Source of the DNA: Psilocybe cubensis
Lineage: Eukaryota
NCBI GenBank assembly: GCA_017499595.2
Contig: CM039001.1
Span: forward strand, 3,038,001-3,102,000
Length of the DNA: 64,000 bases
Direction of reading: 5' to 3'
Position numbers and translations under genes: made by a program. The notes beneath the pieces are model-generated. The model worked only from the letters and a program-made list of their open reading frames with translations, searched no databases and was not told where the DNA came from. This document shows positions 63,327 to 64,000 of the stretch, piece by piece (the stretch's first letter is position 1; each line of letters opens with the position of its first letter).

Positions 63327-64000
63327 CCTTTGTGCAAGAAACTGTAATGAGACACTGTACAGTGAAAAACTGCAGTTAAAACCTTGCAATGAAAAACTTT
63401 AGAATGACTAACCTGTGGGCGAGTTCACGAAGATCTGGAAATGGATAAGGAGTTCAAACACTCGTCAGTGCCGAACCCCGATGTTGCTTCCATCTTCCCG
63501 AAGGTGAGCGTCGCCGCCAAAGTGTGTACTTGCCATAGTACCATCCCCCGAAACAAACTGTACCAAGAGAGATATCCTGATCACTGAGAATATTCCAAAC
63601 AAATACTGCGCCGTGGGGCTGTGTGGTGCATACCATGTCCCGGTCCATCCACAATGAAAAACAAACAGACCTAGCTGGACGGGAAATCCATCGACAGCCT
63701 GGTAGGGTTGTCCTTCGACAATGGCCATTGTCCTTGAACGACTCTCTTGCCCTCAACAAAGTCCTTGCCACTGGCGATACATGTTGACCGTGGCGTGGAT
63801 CTTGGAGCGGCTGTTTGGGAGATTGATTGAGGCCATGTGTGGGGTTCGTTGACTTGAATAAATACGGCAAATGTTTGGGTATAAAGGTGCTCAGCGGTGT
63901 TGCGAGTTGTGTACGAGTTTGATGACGAGGAGGTCGCGTTATCAATCATGTTGGATCTAGGAAAATACAACGTGTAAGCTGATGAAAAGCGGATCATGTG

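Noticed and set aside
63454-63997. Three overlapping minus-strand ORFs at the window end
   Set aside because: No recognisable domain or consistent splice model; cannot be supported without the adjacent sequence.
1-64000. Secondary-metabolite gene cluster or intact transposon
   Set aside because: No PKS, NRPS, terpene synthase, P450, transposase, reverse transcriptase or integrase motifs are recognisable in any frame.

Overview
Intron-rich fungal genomic DNA. Short ~50-65 nt GT-AG introns, CTRAC-type branch points and the gene families present point to an agaricomycete (mushroom-type basidiomycete); this assignment is inference. About 19 spliced genes could be reconstructed by hand. In order: a YEA4-like nucleotide-sugar transporter; a tandem of F-box-like genes (two intact, one truncated); an AA13 starch LPMO with CBM20; a LIS1/PAC1 homolog; a Pho85-type cyclin; an RPD3-like HDAC; an orphan with a putative TFIIS-N-like C-terminus; ERG2; a KDM3/JMJD1-type JmjC demethylase; a strongly diverged histone H3; a GH13 alpha-amylase with CBM20; glucosidase II beta; RPS25; an FGGY sugar kinase with a frameshift; a fourth F-box-like gene; an SH3 protein; an SSXT/SS18-like low-complexity protein; and RPL2. 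Three signals stand out. (1) A non-centromeric histone H3 variant has a rewritten N-tail, and two in-frame splice donors could give a canonical-length or a 20-aa-longer tail; it lies head-to-head with the JmjC gene, near other chromatin genes. (2) An AA13 LPMO, a mostly ascomycete family, has only one intron in a basidiomycete-like background. (3) A microsatellite-saturated ~8.5 kb domain spans the cyclin and HDAC genes. Exon boundaries were read by eye and no database search was run.
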